Notes under the pieces: model-generated
The model's database searches: none
Told to the model about the DNA's origin: nothing
Seen by the model: the letters and a program-made list of their open reading frames with translations, nothing else
Shown: positions 30,701 to 41,871 of the stretch, one piece after another
How the letters are laid out: each line of letters begins with the position of its first letter
Numbering within the stretch: the stretch's first letter is position 1
Position numbers and translations under genes: made by a program
Assembly: GCA_020724525.1 (NCBI GenBank)
Contig: DYGU01000007.1
Coordinates: 1,435-65,434 of the forward strand
DNA: 64,000 nt
Source of the DNA: Dehalococcoides mccartyi
GTDB taxonomy: Bacteria; Chloroflexota; Dehalococcoidia; GIF9; DYGU01
Reading direction: 5' to 3'

Positions 30701-30733
30701 AAATCGATGACGAGGAATTTGAACAGGGAAATC

Positions 30734-31357
30734 TCACCATCCCTTTTTGGTCACACCCTTAATTATCATCTGTCCATCAGTAAGGTAAATTCCTGTTGCC
30801 TGCCATGGAAGTTCACCAAATATCCCTGATAGATTTGCCATAGGCACTTTAAATAGGACCACTAACAAATCACCAACATTTTTCCTTATCTCCTTTGGCA
30901 GAGGTAATCTGCCACATTGTAATTCTTCTATAATGAATTTTGGTTTTCCACCCGTTAACTCCAGGTAAGCCTTAATACCTACTTTAACACTGAGCCCAGG
31001 AGTTTTCAGTGCTCCATAAGCTAAAAAAACATCTTTTCGGAAATTAACCAGCACCTCTCTTAAAGGTAACTTACCCTCACCAATAGCCAAAACCAACTTC
31101 GAATTAGCTTCTTCCTCAGTAATTACTAAGCTTATTTCCCTTTCCAGCCCGGCTGCTACCGCTTTCTTAATTTCGGTTGTAAACACCTCTAACTTGTGGT
31201 CTAAACTTTGCACTGCCGCAGGTGTTAATGCTACCGGTATCATTTGGGCTCTTAATGGAGGAGATAAGGAAAGCAAGCAGTAACCAAAACCTGCTAAAAG
31301 GAAGAGGAGAACTGTGATAACACCAATAAAAATAAAGCAGCCTTTGATTAACCTCAT
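30734..31357 (-). CDS. Hypothetical membrane-anchored protein
   Basis: 207-aa ORF, N-terminal TM helix, co-directional with rpoD. Confidence 0.65.
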   Translation of the reverse strand: MRLIKGCFIFIGVITVLLFLLAGFGYCLLSLSPPLRAQMIPVALTPAAVQSLDHKLEVFTTEIKKAVAAGLEREISLVITEEEANSKLVLAIGEGKLPLREVLVNFRKDVFLAYGALKTPGLSVKVGIKAYLELTGGKPKFIIEELQCGRLPLPKEIRKNVGDLLVVLFKVPMANLSGIFGELPWQATGIYLTDGQMIIKGVTKKGW

Positions 31358-31396
31358 AATATTGCCTCTAAGTAAGTTTTATCAGCACCGGTGGGG

Positions 31397-33346
31397 CTAC
31401 TCTAAGTAGTCCTTTAACTTCCGGCTCTTGCTGGGATGGCGCAGTTTCCGCAATGCTTTAGCCTCGATCTGGCGAATTCTTTCCCTGGTTACGCCAAACT
31501 CTTTACCCACTTCCTCCAGAGTCCTCGCCCGTCCGTCTTCAAGCCCAAATCTGAGTATCAAAACACGCCTTTCTCGATCACTGAGCTCAGAAAGTACCCT
31601 CCTAATCTGTTCCTTAAGAAGTTGCAACGAAGCTTCTTCAACTGGCTGTAAAGCAGTGCGGTCCTCAATAAAATCACCCAAATGACTATCCTCTTCCTCG
31701 CCAATGGGCATCTCTAAAGATACTGGTTCCTGAGATAGTTTCATAATTTCTCGCACCTTCTCTGGGGTAATTTCCATACCTCGACCAATTTCTTCATAGC
31801 TCGGTTCCCGACCATACTCCTGAACCAAACGGCGGTTCACTCGTAGTAACCTATTAATAGTCTCTACCATATGCACCGGGATACGAATAGTCCGAGCTTG
31901 GTCAGCAATAGCCCGAGTAATAGCCTGCCTAATCCACCAGGTAGCGTAAGTGCTGAATTTATAGCCTTTCCGATGTTCAAATTTTTCCACCGCCCGAATT
32001 AAACCAATATTCCCTTCTTGAATTAGATCAAGAAGAGGCATCCCATGTCCAATATATTTCTTAGCTACACTAACAACCAATCGTAAGTTTGCTTCGGTCA
32101 AATGTCTTTCTGCTTTTTTCTCTCTTCTCCGCACGTTTCGAAAATAATTTCTGAATTGCCTACTATAAGCCTGGAGCTGATACAGAAACTCAGGCTTAAC
32201 TAAAAGAGATTTTACTTCCGACCAGGAGACTCTATCTCCAATTACAGTTAAGACTTCCGGGGGCAAAAGGCGGATATCCAAAGAAAGGTATATCAAAGCC
32301 CGCACAATTGCTGTCCTAATTAATTGCTCTAACTTAGCATTGGTCTCTTGTTCTATGGCACTCACTACCGATGGTTTTATCCCGGGGAGTAAATCAGGGT
32401 GCTTAGCTAAGTATTCCTTAAAACTATCTCTTCCCTGTCCCAGTTTCATCTCCTTGTAAACATACACATTATCTGACTTACTTATTACCCCTAACCGCAG
32501 GCACAAGCCAAAAAAAACCTCCAGAGCCTCCTCTTTCATATCTACACCCGCCTCTTGAGGAAGTACTTTCTCTAAGATGTCCCGCTCGTCTCCTCCCATC
32601 ACTCCCAACTTTACCGCCACGTCAAACATGTCTTCCTCTTCCGGAATATCTCTGCCTGCTTCTAAAAGAATCGCTTTTATTCTCAGCCTGACAATTCGGT
32701 TAATGAAATTAACTCTTCCATAATCATCCTTGCCCAGTTGTTCAGCAATAGCCTTTATCAAATCCGGGGCTAATTCACCATCAATGGCAACTCGTAATTT
32801 CGATTTCCGGTCAGAAGTTATTTGTTTAAAGCTAATTTCTACCGGCAATTTAAGCTCGTGAGCCAGAACTTCCCACAGTGGGTAAGCTTGGGACAACCAA
32901 TTAAGCAAAAAAACTACTATGTCTATTGATGACGGAGATTTACCATATTTTTGAGGATAACTCTCTATAATTTCTGTTAGATACTTGCCTTCTTCCATCT
33001 GGCTGGCTAAGCTCTTCTCATCAGCAGCGGTGAGGAGGGATACCTTACCAATTTCACGAAGATACATACGGACTGGGTCATCAATAACCTCATGCTCACC
33101 GAGTTCAGATTCTAAAGTTACTCCAGGAACCCATTCCCCATCCGCAAAAGGTTCTTTATCTTCTGATGAAGCCGTTACTTTGAAAATATCCTCTCCTAAC
33201 TCCTCTGGTAAATTGGGGGCAGTATCCTCAGAAAATACCACAGAGTCGGTGTCGAACTCGTTAGCCGTGCCTTTCCCAAAATCTAACTTCTCATCCCCCG
33301 CCTCGAGGAAATAAGATGAAAGCTCTTCATCTTTATATAAACTCAT
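31397..33346 (-). CDS. rpoD: Primary sigma factor RpoD/SigA with a large non-conserved-region insert
   Basis: [66 protein letters not shown]; follows dnaG. Confidence 0.96.
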   Translation of the reverse strand: MSLYKDEELSSYFLEAGDEKLDFGKGTANEFDTDSVVFSEDTAPNLPEELGEDIFKVTASSEDKEPFADGEWVPGVTLESELGEHEVIDDPVRMYLREIGKVSLLTAADEKSLASQMEEGKYLTEIIESYPQKYGKSPSSIDIVVFLLNWLSQAYPLWEVLAHELKLPVEISFKQITSDRKSKLRVAIDGELAPDLIKAIAEQLGKDDYGRVNFINRIVRLRIKAILLEAGRDIPEEEDMFDVAVKLGVMGGDERDILEKVLPQEAGVDMKEEALEVFFGLCLRLGVISKSDNVYVYKEMKLGQGRDSFKEYLAKHPDLLPGIKPSVVSAIEQETNAKLEQLIRTAIVRALIYLSLDIRLLPPEVLTVIGDRVSWSEVKSLLVKPEFLYQLQAYSRQFRNYFRNVRRREKKAERHLTEANLRLVVSVAKKYIGHGMPLLDLIQEGNIGLIRAVEKFEHRKGYKFSTYATWWIRQAITRAIADQARTIRIPVHMVETINRLLRVNRRLVQEYGREPSYEEIGRGMEITPEKVREIMKLSQEPVSLEMPIGEEEDSHLGDFIEDRTALQPVEEASLQLLKEQIRRVLSELSDRERRVLILRFGLEDGRARTLEEVGKEFGVTRERIRQIEAKALRKLRHPSKSRKLKDYLE

Positions 33347-35214
33347 CCTCTCGCCCTCCTCTGCTTGGCATTAATGTCTCTCTGGCTAAATATTTCCTTA
33401 AGGCGCAGACTCACATCTATTCCCTGTTCCTCTAACTTTGCCAATTGAGCAGTGGCGTCACTCTTTTCTGTCTCTAAAAGCAAAATTTCCTCCCTCTCAG
33501 CTTCTAAATTTCTCAGCCACCTCTCCTGTAAACGGAGACTACAGTCATTAAGAACATACCACCGTTCCTCCTCTCTTTGAGTGAGAGTTGCCGGTAAAAC
33601 TCGGTTTAATAACCGGTCAGCATGCTCCCGAAGAGGAGCATCAAGGTTAGCCTCAAAAGAAGTCAATTCTACACCCTGTTGCCATTTAACAAAAAGTTCA
33701 CGGTTTTCAGTATGTTGAAAATATTCGGGGCGTAACTCGCCACTTATCGCTCTAAACTCAGGATACTGCAATAATAAGGTGAGACAATATTCCTCAAGCG
33801 GACTGGACGAAGGCAGTGAGGGAACAACAGCTAAACTTTCCTCGGTCTCCCCAGTTATCCGGGAGCGTCTTTTTTTGGCGTAAGAACTTCTCAAATCGCT
33901 GGCTAAGACTCGCTCATTCATTTTCAGTAAACGGGCTAACTTCTGCAAATAGTGGGACTGACGTATTGGATCCTTTATCTCAGAAATTAGCGGCTTTAAT
34001 TTTGACCAAGCTGCTGACTTATCTCTCGCTTGCTCCACATTCACTCTACTAATTATAGCGTTCATGACAAAATCAACAACTGGCAAAGCTTTATCTACCA
34101 AATCTTGCCATAGAGAAATATCTTCTCTAATTACCTCATCAGGGTCTTTCCCGGGAGGTAAGATTATGATTCTGATATCGGCATCGAGTATATTTTCATA
34201 CTTTATCAGTCCTGACCATATTGGCACCGGCACAACCTTTTTGTCCAAAGTCTGCCCGGCTACTTCTATACTGCGCAAGGTGGCTTCCTCACCAGCAGTA
34301 TCAGCATCCAGGGCTAAAAATAGATTCTTGGTTAACCTCTTAAGAACGCCAAACTGTTTTTCAGTAAGAGAAGTCCCCATAGATGCCACCACATTCTCGC
34401 AACCATGCTGATGGGCAATAAGCACATCCATGTAACCCTCTACAATCACTACTGAATTCCTTTGCCAAATAGCCACCTTGGCTCGGTCAATCCCATAAAC
34501 GATGCTACTCTTATCAAAAACAGGTGTCTGCGGGGAGTTAAGGTATTTTGGCACCGAATCATCAAGGGCTCTTGCCCCAAAACCTGCCAGTCGCCCCTGT
34601 ATATTCCGTATAGGAAACATCAGCCGATTACGGAAACGGTCATAGCCACCTCCCCCCTCCTTCTCTATAACCAAACCAGCCATAAGTAATTCCTCAAAAC
34701 TATAGCCTTTACTGGTCAAATATCGGAGTAGAGCTTCCCATTCGTCAAGACTAAAACCGAGCTGGAAATTTTTGATAGTTTGAGGTAGCAAACCTCGCTG
34801 CTTTAGGTATTTTCTCACCGAGTTAGCCTCGGAAGCAGTCATCAATAGATGATGATAATATTCAGCAGCAATCTCATTGATTTCAAAAAGTCTTGCCTCT
34901 TTACCCCGCTCAACCTCCCCTTGGTCTTTCTCTAAAACAAGAGAAACCCCTGTCTTCTCAGCTAAGAAGCGGAGAGTTTGCCCAAAATCAATGCCTTCCT
35001 TCTTCATGAGAAAAGAAAAAACATCGCCACCAGTATTGCAAGCCCCGAAACAACGCCAACTTTGACGCTCAGGAAAAACAAAGAAGGAAGGATGTTTCTC
35101 AACATGAAATGGACACAAAGCCCTAAAATTCCGACCAGCTTTTTGAAGAGAAACATAATTAGAAACAAGTTCTACTATGTCTATCCTCTCTTTTATCTCA
35201 CCAATTACACTCAT
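33343..35214 (-). CDS. dnaG: DNA primase
   Basis: CPFH..CFGAC zinc finger, [31 protein letters not shown]. Confidence 0.97.
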   Translation of the reverse strand: MSVIGEIKERIDIVELVSNYVSLQKAGRNFRALCPFHVEKHPSFFVFPERQSWRCFGACNTGGDVFSFLMKKEGIDFGQTLRFLAEKTGVSLVLEKDQGEVERGKEARLFEINEIAAEYYHHLLMTASEANSVRKYLKQRGLLPQTIKNFQLGFSLDEWEALLRYLTSKGYSFEELLMAGLVIEKEGGGGYDRFRNRLMFPIRNIQGRLAGFGARALDDSVPKYLNSPQTPVFDKSSIVYGIDRAKVAIWQRNSVVIVEGYMDVLIAHQHGCENVVASMGTSLTEKQFGVLKRLTKNLFLALDADTAGEEATLRSIEVAGQTLDKKVVPVPIWSGLIKYENILDADIRIIILPPGKDPDEVIREDISLWQDLVDKALPVVDFVMNAIISRVNVEQARDKSAAWSKLKPLISEIKDPIRQSHYLQKLARLLKMNERVLASDLRSSYAKKRRSRITGETEESLAVVPSLPSSSPLEEYCLTLLLQYPEFRAISGELRPEYFQHTENRELFVKWQQGVELTSFEANLDAPLREHADRLLNRVLPATLTQREEERWYVLNDCSLRLQERWLRNLEAEREEILLLETEKSDATAQLAKLEEQGIDVSLRLKEIFSQRDINAKQRRARG

Positions 35215-35216
35215 AC

Positions 35217-36254
35217 CTAAACCCGATTAAGTTCCTCAGCCATTCGTAAAGCATATTGGTCAGTCATACCCGCAATATAATCAACCACCTTACGCTCAAT
35301 TGCGTCATCACGATAAGTATATTCCTGAGGCAGTTTCTTTTCATGGTTTAAAAAATAAGAATAAAGAAACTGTATTACCTTTCTTGCCTGTTTAGTCTCA
35401 TTGCTGGCTAAACTGGGAATGTACACTTTATCAAAAAGAAACTGACGGAGAATATTAGCCTCACGGACGACCTGGGGGCTCATAGTGATAATCAGCTTCT
35501 CTAAATCCCCACATCCGGTAACTCCCCATGAGGATTCTATTATACCTCGAACTAAAGTATTAATTCGTTGCGATGGGGAACGACCAAGCAATGTCAATAC
35601 GGAAACTGGCAAATCATCCTCGTTGATAATACCAGCTCTGATAGCATCTCCAGTATCGTGATTAATATAGGCAACGAAATCAGCTATTTTGCAAACTTGA
35701 CCTTCAAGGGTGCCAACTTCTCCCCAATCCTCACCCAGAATGCTTTGACTTTTGGAATGGTTAAATATGCCATCCCGTACTTCCCAGGTAAGATTAAGTC
35801 CCCGACCATCCTTCTCTAAAAAGTCCACCACCCGTAAGCTTTGCTCATTGTGCCTGAACCCGCCGGGGGAAAGTTCATTCAAAACCTGTTCCCCAACATG
35901 CCCAAAAGGAGTGTGACCTAAATCATGCCCGAGAGCAATAGCTTCAGTCAAATCCTCATTAAGACTTAAAGCTCGAGCTATGGTACGAGCAACCTGAGAA
36001 ACTTCTAATGTATGAGTAAGCCTCGTTACATAATGGTCTCCTAAAGGGGCAATGAACACCTGAGTCTTGTGTTTAAGACGACGGAAAGCCTTAGAGTGAA
36101 TAATTCGGTCTCGGTCCTGCTGAAAGGCAGTTCGTATAGGGCAAGGCTCCTCCCATTTAAGTCTCCCTCGACTAAACCGGCTCCGAACAGCATAAGGAGA
36201 TAATCTCTCCTCGGCTTCTTCGCTCCGTTCTCGAATACTAATCTGACACTCCAT
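35217..36254 (-). CDS. dgt: Deoxyguanosinetriphosphate triphosphohydrolase
   Basis: DRDRIIHSKAFRRLKHKTQV, RLTHTLEV, HDLGHTPFGH, DYIAGMTD. Confidence 0.95.
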   Translation of the reverse strand: MECQISIRERSEEAEERLSPYAVRSRFSRGRLKWEEPCPIRTAFQQDRDRIIHSKAFRRLKHKTQVFIAPLGDHYVTRLTHTLEVSQVARTIARALSLNEDLTEAIALGHDLGHTPFGHVGEQVLNELSPGGFRHNEQSLRVVDFLEKDGRGLNLTWEVRDGIFNHSKSQSILGEDWGEVGTLEGQVCKIADFVAYINHDTGDAIRAGIINEDDLPVSVLTLLGRSPSQRINTLVRGIIESSWGVTGCGDLEKLIITMSPQVVREANILRQFLFDKVYIPSLASNETKQARKVIQFLYSYFLNHEKKLPQEYTYRDDAIERKVVDYIAGMTDQYALRMAEELNRV

Positions 36255-36262
36255 ACAGCCGA

Positions 36263-38515
36263 TTACTTTAATTTGGCTTCGGCAGCGGCAATTACTTGCC
36301 TCGTCTCGTCAATCATATCTGGACTTATCGAGACCGAGGTAATTCCCCACCGCACCAGCTTCTCGGTAAGTTCTGGATAAACAGAAGGGGCTTGCCCACA
36401 AATAGAAGAGGTAATACCCCGACTATTAGAAACCTTTATGGCTCTTTCTAAAGCTAAAAGCACTGCCTCATCCCTTTCATCAAATTGGTTGACTAATCTG
36501 GGATTGTCCCTATCTATACCTAAAATAAGCTGGGTCAGGTCATTAGACCCTATAGAAATACCATCAATGCCTGTGTCCATAAATCTCTCTATAAGAAAAA
36601 TATTAGATGGCACTTCCACCATCATCCATAATTTGAAATCAGCACTTGAACAAAGTCCTTCCCTTTCAAGAATTTCTTTTACTTCCACCATTTCCCTAAC
36701 AAAACGCACGAATGGAATCATAACCCACAGGTTGCGATATCTTTCCCTAACCTTCTTAATGGCATCTATCTCTAACTTGAAAATATCCAATTCTTTAGTG
36801 TATCGAGAGCAGCCACGGTAACCAAGCATTGGATTCTCTTCCATCTCTTCGTATTTCTCTCCACCGCGTAAATTTCTGTACTCATTGGTTTTGAAATCAG
36901 TAGTCCGATAAACTACTGGTCTTGGATAAAAAGCTTTAGTAAAAGCAGTAATACCCTCAGCCAACATATTTACAAAACTATCCCCTCTATTCTGACTCAA
37001 CATAAAACGGGGATGTTCACCAATCTGGGCAATCATAAATTCAGCCCTAAGTAAGCCGACGCCATCCACATCCCTCGCTGCCACAACCTCGGCAAGTTCT
37101 GGCTCAGCTAAATTCACATAAACCTTGGTCAATGTCTTGAGCCGCTCCCAACGAATAATCTTAGGTAATGTAACCGTCTCTTCCACTACCTTGCCTTGAT
37201 ATACTCGTCCACCATAACCATCTACGGTTATTTCCTGACCATCACTCAGAATCTTCGTTGCTACCGCTGTGCCAACCACACATGGAATCCCCAATTCTCG
37301 ACTCACAATAGCAGCGTGAGCAGTTCTACCTCCCCGGTCAGTAACTATAGCCACAGCTCGCTTCATAGCCGGCACAAAATCGGGAGTCGTCATCTCCGCT
37401 ACCAGGACATCCCCCTTTATCACCCTATCTAATTGAGAAGCATCGGTAACAATTCTCACTAAACCAACAGCTATCCCAGGGCTGGCTGCTACTCCAATCA
37501 AAATAGGTTTAGCCTTAATCTTGGGAAGTACTTCGATTGGCTTCACTTTTAAAGTGGTTATTGGGCGGGTTTGGACAATAAATATTTGATTTTCTTGCTT
37601 TGCCCATTCAATATCCTGAGGGAATTGGTATAAGTCCTCAATCCTTCTACCTAAATCAGCTAAAGAAATAATCTCTTCGTCACTTATTTTCTGCTTCATC
37701 TGCCTTGCTGGTGGAATAAAAACCTTAATATTGGCTTCCCTTCCTGTTGTTTCGGGATTCCGTAATATCTGCCATTCTTGCTTCCCTATTCTTTTATCAA
37801 TGATTTCTAAAGTCCTCTTATCCACCACATATAGGTCAGGGGTTACTTCCCCGGAGACAACAGCTTCTCCCAATCCAAAAATTGCTTCAATAACGACCTT
37901 TGTCTCATCGTTAGTTAGAGGCTCCGCCGTAAACATGACCCCAGAAGCTTCAGATTGCACCATCTTCTGGACAGGCACTGCAATACCTACCTTCAAATGC
38001 TCAAAACCATGCTGATGTCGATAAAAAATAGCCCGGGGTTCAAACAAGGAAGCCCAACACCCTTGCACCGCAGCTACCACTTCACTTTCACCTTCAACAT
38101 TAAGAAAGGTACGCTGCTGCCCGGCAAAGGAAGCTTCGGGTAAATCCTCAGCTGTAGCCGAAGAGCGAACTGCTACCAATCCATCCCCCAAGCGTCGGTA
38201 AGCTTCCTTAATTTCAGCTACTATCCTTAATGGCATTACCGCTCCTGAAATCTTTTCCTTAATCTGAGCAGCTACCTCTTGGAGAGTCTTAGTATCATTA
38301 GGGTCGAGTTTGCCTAAAAGATGTCGGATTTCTTTCTCCAGTCCTGTTCTCTCAAGAAATTCAAAATAAGTAGTAGCGGTAACTATGAAACCTGCTGGAA
38401 CTGGGAGCTTAGCCTGAACCATCTCACCCAAATTCGCCCCCTTACCACCGGCTAAGGACATGTCTCTTTTTGTCACTTCATCAAACCACAAAATGACTTT
38501 ATCCTCTTTACCCAT
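36263..38515 (-). CDS. ppsA: Phosphoenolpyruvate synthase
   Basis: GGKGANLGEM, AVRSSATAEDLP, GGRTAHAAIVSRE, GLLRAEF, SIGSNDLTQ, ICGQAPS. Confidence 0.96.
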   Translation of the reverse strand: MGKEDKVILWFDEVTKRDMSLAGGKGANLGEMVQAKLPVPAGFIVTATTYFEFLERTGLEKEIRHLLGKLDPNDTKTLQEVAAQIKEKISGAVMPLRIVAEIKEAYRRLGDGLVAVRSSATAEDLPEASFAGQQRTFLNVEGESEVVAAVQGCWASLFEPRAIFYRHQHGFEHLKVGIAVPVQKMVQSEASGVMFTAEPLTNDETKVVIEAIFGLGEAVVSGEVTPDLYVVDKRTLEIIDKRIGKQEWQILRNPETTGREANIKVFIPPARQMKQKISDEEIISLADLGRRIEDLYQFPQDIEWAKQENQIFIVQTRPITTLKVKPIEVLPKIKAKPILIGVAASPGIAVGLVRIVTDASQLDRVIKGDVLVAEMTTPDFVPAMKRAVAIVTDRGGRTAHAAIVSRELGIPCVVGTAVATKILSDGQEITVDGYGGRVYQGKVVEETVTLPKIIRWERLKTLTKVYVNLAEPELAEVVAARDVDGVGLLRAEFMIAQIGEHPRFMLSQNRGDSFVNMLAEGITAFTKAFYPRPVVYRTTDFKTNEYRNLRGGEKYEEMEENPMLGYRGCSRYTKELDIFKLEIDAIKKVRERYRNLWVMIPFVRFVREMVEVKEILEREGLCSSADFKLWMMVEVPSNIFLIERFMDTGIDGISIGSNDLTQLILGIDRDNPRLVNQFDERDEAVLLALERAIKVSNSRGITSSICGQAPSVYPELTEKLVRWGITSVSISPDMIDETRQVIAAAEAKLK

Positions 38516-38620
38516 GCCTCTCCTCTTTTTAGCTTAAGTTTATTAACAACAATTATATCACTTGCCCATAAGCTATTAAACCTCCACCTCCAAGTTCACA
38601 TTAAAATAGTTGTCAGGAAA

Positions 38621-38725
38621 TTTACCAATGCTTATCCACCATCCCGAACAAAGTGGAGAAACCCTCACCTACCCTCTCCCTTGAAGGGAGAGGAATAAGG
38701 TGAGGGTGACAAAATAAACACTCTC
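38621..38725 (+). repeat. 105-bp dispersed repeat containing a DUF559-type REP doublet, copy 2
   Basis: Highly similar to 20268-20372. Confidence 0.88.
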
Positions 38726-38754
38726 GAAGTTCGTCCTTGTGATTGTTTACTAAT

Positions 38755-38804
38755 GTAGTGAGAGGCTTTAGCCTGGCTACAGAAAAGCGACCCTGAAGGG
38801 TCGC
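38755..38804 (+). repeat. GTAG-type palindromic repeat
   Basis: GTAGTGAGAGGCTTTAGCCT..GCGACCCTGAAGGGTCGC; inverse copy at 25046-25095. Confidence 0.8.
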
Positions 38805-38817
38805 CCTAATCCCTAAC

Positions 38818-38960
38818 TGTCATTGCGGGGAGCATAGCGACGATGCAATCCCAAGAGATTGCCACGCTTCTTACACCCAGCCGAATCAACGATTCGGCTG
38901 GGAACCCGGGGTCCCCACAAAATCATTGATTTTGTGGGGTGTTCATCGCTCGCAATGACA
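38818..38960 (+). repeat. Composite multi-hairpin repeat, copy 2 (complete, with terminal IR)
   Basis: TGTCATTGCG...CGCAATGACA termini; 3' part matches 14573-14679. Confidence 0.85.
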
Positions 38961-38995
38961 ACTGGACAATTGCTAAACGGTCTCGTCCCCATGTA

Positions 38996-39024
38996 TTGAC
39001 ACTTTTAAGTAGCTGGAGTACAAT
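38996..39024 (+). promoter_or_regulatory. Sigma70-type promoter upstream of the DUF151 gene and atp operon
   Basis: TTGACA-17 nt-TACAAT, then GGAGG RBS. Confidence 0.8.
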
Positions 39025-39054
39025 CCAGTTCACGGTGGAAATGGAGGAGACAAC

Positions 39055-39630
39055 ATGGTAGAGATGATTATTGACAGCATTCGAGTAAGCCTGATGAATT
39101 ACCAGCGGGTGGTAATCCTGAAAGAGAAGATAGCAGAGCCAGCCGAGAATAAAAGCGAGGCTCGCTATTTACCGATATGGATCGGCCCTGCTGAAGCTGA
39201 TGCCATTGCGGTAAAACTCCAAAATGTCCCTCTATCCCGGCCTTTGACTCATGACCTGCTTCAGTCAGTAATCACGATTTTAGGGGCATCGGTAAACTTC
39301 ATTGTTGTTAATGAACTCCGAGAAGATACATTCTATGCCAAAATCGCTCTTAGCTTCGATAACAAACAAGTAGAAATTGATTCTCGCCCCAGTGATGCTA
39401 TTGCTCTTGCCGTAAGAGTGAAGCCTCTGATACCTATATTCGTTGAAGAATCAGTATTAGACAAAGCCGGCTTCATCCTTGACCAGGAAATAGGTAGACC
39501 AGCTCCCCTTGGTAAGACTAAACCCGGGACCAAAGGTAAACTTGATGAGCAAGAATTAAAAAGACTGTCAGCTTTTTATGATTTCATTAACACTCTCGAT
39601 TTAGACGACTTTGGCAAGCGTAAATCCTGA
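39055..39630 (+). CDS. Bifunctional nuclease family protein (DUF151)
   Basis: VVILKE, YLPIWIG.AEA.AI, RPLTHDL, DSRPSDAIALAVR. Confidence 0.92.
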   Translation: MVEMIIDSIRVSLMNYQRVVILKEKIAEPAENKSEARYLPIWIGPAEADAIAVKLQNVPLSRPLTHDLLQSVITILGASVNFIVVNELREDTFYAKIALSFDNKQVEIDSRPSDAIALAVRVKPLIPIFVEESVLDKAGFILDQEIGRPAPLGKTKPGTKGKLDEQELKRLSAFYDFINTLDLDDFGKRKS

Positions 39631-39655
39631 ACAATCACTCTTAACAATTGTCAAC

Positions 39656-39680
39656 GCTCCGGCAAGGTCGGAGCATTTTT
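39656..39680 (+). terminator. Possible intrinsic terminator/attenuator before the atp genes
   Basis: GCTCCGGC-AAG-GTCGGAGC followed by ATTTTT. Confidence 0.45.
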
Positions 39681-39730
39681 GCGAAAGAGAAAGACAGGAT
39701 TCATTTATAAAACCAAAGGTGAAACAGCAA

Positions 39731-39970
39731 ATGAAAAGATGGGCAATAGCCTTACAATTAACTGCTGTTGGGTGGTATATTGCTTTGAGCCTTCTTATAC
39801 CTTCCGGGATTGGTTTATGGCTTGACAAAAAATTTAATTCCCTTCCTTTACTTACTTTTATCGGACTCAGTCTCGGCACTATAATCATGATTTACGGTGT
39901 CTACCGTATGCTGCGCCAGTTTCAAGCTGCCATGGAAGAAGAAGATAGAAGCACCAGAAAATCAGATTGA
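39731..39970 (+). CDS. AtpZ/AtpI-family membrane protein
   Basis: Two TM helices with G.WLDKKF.S.P motif, immediately upstream of atpB. Confidence 0.82.
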   Translation: MKRWAIALQLTAVGWYIALSLLIPSGIGLWLDKKFNSLPLLTFIGLSLGTIIMIYGVYRMLRQFQAAMEEEDRSTRKSD

Positions 39971-40929
39971 TGCCTAAGCAATTGTTTTTTGGCTTTTCCG
40001 TCAAATCAATAATTATAATCTCTGCCGTTTTGTTGGTCCTTTTCTTCATTAGTTTTCTAAGCGGTGCCTTAGGCACTGCTTTAGTCGGCAAAGAAATACT
40101 CCCCAGCTTTCTCACCGTCCCCAAGCCCCACCCGAAACTTCCTGCCGAAGAAATCTTACATATCACTGGTTTTCCCATAACTAATAGCATGCTGGCTGCC
40201 TGGATTACTATAGCCGTGTTAGTCTGCTTAGCCTTTGTGGCTACACGCGGTATGAAGCTTATCCCGGGTAGATTACAAAATATTATGGAAACAATAGTTG
40301 AAATGTTGCTAAATTTTGTCGAAAGTGTCGCTGGCAAGGAAAACGGGCGCCGATTTTTCCCGGTAATAGCTACCATCTTCCTTTTTGTCATTATGAATGC
40401 CTGGCTTAGTCTCCTGCCTGGCTTTGGTAGCATCATAGTCCACAGACCAGAAGGTGAAGCTCATCTGTTACGAGGGGCTAATACTGATATCAATGTGCCT
40501 TTAGCTTTAGCCTTGATGTCTTTTATCTTCGTTGAGTACTGGGGAATAACCAGTCGAGGTTTCTTCCGATATATGAGTAAGTTTGTGAATATCGGCAGAT
40601 TTCTCCAGGGGGTGGGGCAAATTTTTAAAGGCAAGCTAAAAACTGCCTTCAACAACCTGTTTACCGGTGTCATTGATACCTTTGTGGGTATATTAGAAGC
40701 CATGAGCGAACTGGTTCGCCTTGTCAGCTTTACCTTCCGTCTCTTTGGCAATATGACCGCCGGAGAAATCCTGCTTTTAGTAGCTATCTTCCTTATTCCC
40801 TGGGTAATGCCCATTCCTTTTTATGGGTTAGAATTGCTTGTTGGCTTTGTGCAAGCTCTTATTTTTGGTGGCTTAACCTTAGTCTTTGCTACTATTGCCG
40901 TGACCCCTCCACACGAGGAGCACGGATAA
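39970..40929 (+). CDS. atpB: F0 subunit a
   Basis: PGRLQN..E, NAWLSLLPG, FRLFGNMTAGE, VQALIF. Confidence 0.96.
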   Translation: MPKQLFFGFSVKSIIIISAVLLVLFFISFLSGALGTALVGKEILPSFLTVPKPHPKLPAEEILHITGFPITNSMLAAWITIAVLVCLAFVATRGMKLIPGRLQNIMETIVEMLLNFVESVAGKENGRRFFPVIATIFLFVIMNAWLSLLPGFGSIIVHRPEGEAHLLRGANTDINVPLALALMSFIFVEYWGITSRGFFRYMSKFVNIGRFLQGVGQIFKGKLKTAFNNLFTGVIDTFVGILEAMSELVRLVSFTFRLFGNMTAGEILLLVAIFLIPWVMPIPFYGLELLVGFVQALIFGGLTLVFATIAVTPPHEEHG

Positions 40930-40957
40930 GTAGAAATTGACGAAAAGGAGGTTTTAA

Positions 40958-41191
<234 letters not shown>

Positions 41192-41212
41192 AATAGGCAC
41201 AAGGGGAAAAAC

Positions 41213-41323
41213 ATGATTGAAATTTTGCAACTAATTTGGCTGATTGTGGGGGTTCTTATTATAGTAGCTATAGGCGCCAGTCTTGGACTTGCCTTATTCT
41301 TCTGGCTTACCAAAGAAAGATAA
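41213..41323 (+). CDS. Small single-TM protein (36 aa) between atpE and atpF
   Basis: AAGGGG RBS, then MIEILQLIWLIVGVLIIVAIGASLGLALFFWLTKER*; fills the intergenic gap; absent from the ORF track. Confidence 0.65.
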   Translation: MIEILQLIWLIVGVLIIVAIGASLGLALFFWLTKER

Positions 41324-41349
41324 TCAATATTTTCTGAAAGGAGATTAGG

Positions 41350-41850
41350 TTGGAAGGTCTGGGGATTAATTTGCCAACGCTATTGGCACAAGTCATAAAT
41401 TTTCTTATTTTGCTTGTTCTCCTCTATCTGGCTGCCTACAAGCCTATTCTTAGAATGCTTAACCAGCGCTCAGCCAGAATAAAAGAAAGTATGGAACAAG
41501 CCGAGGCTATTCGGCAGCAAACAGCCCGGACCGAAGTGGAAGTCAAAGCTCAGTTAGAGGCGGCGCGGAGGGAAGGACAAGCTATAATAGCCCAGGCAAC
41601 ACAAATTGGCGAGCGACTAAAAGAAGAAGCCAGGAAAGAAGCCCGGCAGGAGGCGGAATCGCTCATCACCAAGGCTCGTTTGGAAATACAACGGGAACGG
41701 GATGAAACTATTAACGAACTGCGTCAGGAATTCGTTGATATAGCTATCACTACCGCTGAAAAAGTAATCAAGGAAACATTAGACGAGGAAAAACACCGCC
41801 GTCTCATTGAAGAAGTTCTGGAAGAAAGTGTTACCTTCAAAAAAGATTGA
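41350..41850 (+). CDS. atpF: F0 subunit b
   Basis: QVINFLILL..L..AYKPI..ML..R, long charged helix. Confidence 0.95.
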   Translation: MEGLGINLPTLLAQVINFLILLVLLYLAAYKPILRMLNQRSARIKESMEQAEAIRQQTARTEVEVKAQLEAARREGQAIIAQATQIGERLKEEARKEARQEAESLITKARLEIQRERDETINELRQEFVDIAITTAEKVIKETLDEEKHRRLIEEVLEESVTFKKD

Positions 41851-41871
41851 GGTAAAAGGATAAACAAAGAG

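Noticed and set aside
39630-39730. Riboswitch upstream of the atp genes
   Set aside because: Only a simple hairpin with a U-tract; no recognisable aptamer consensus
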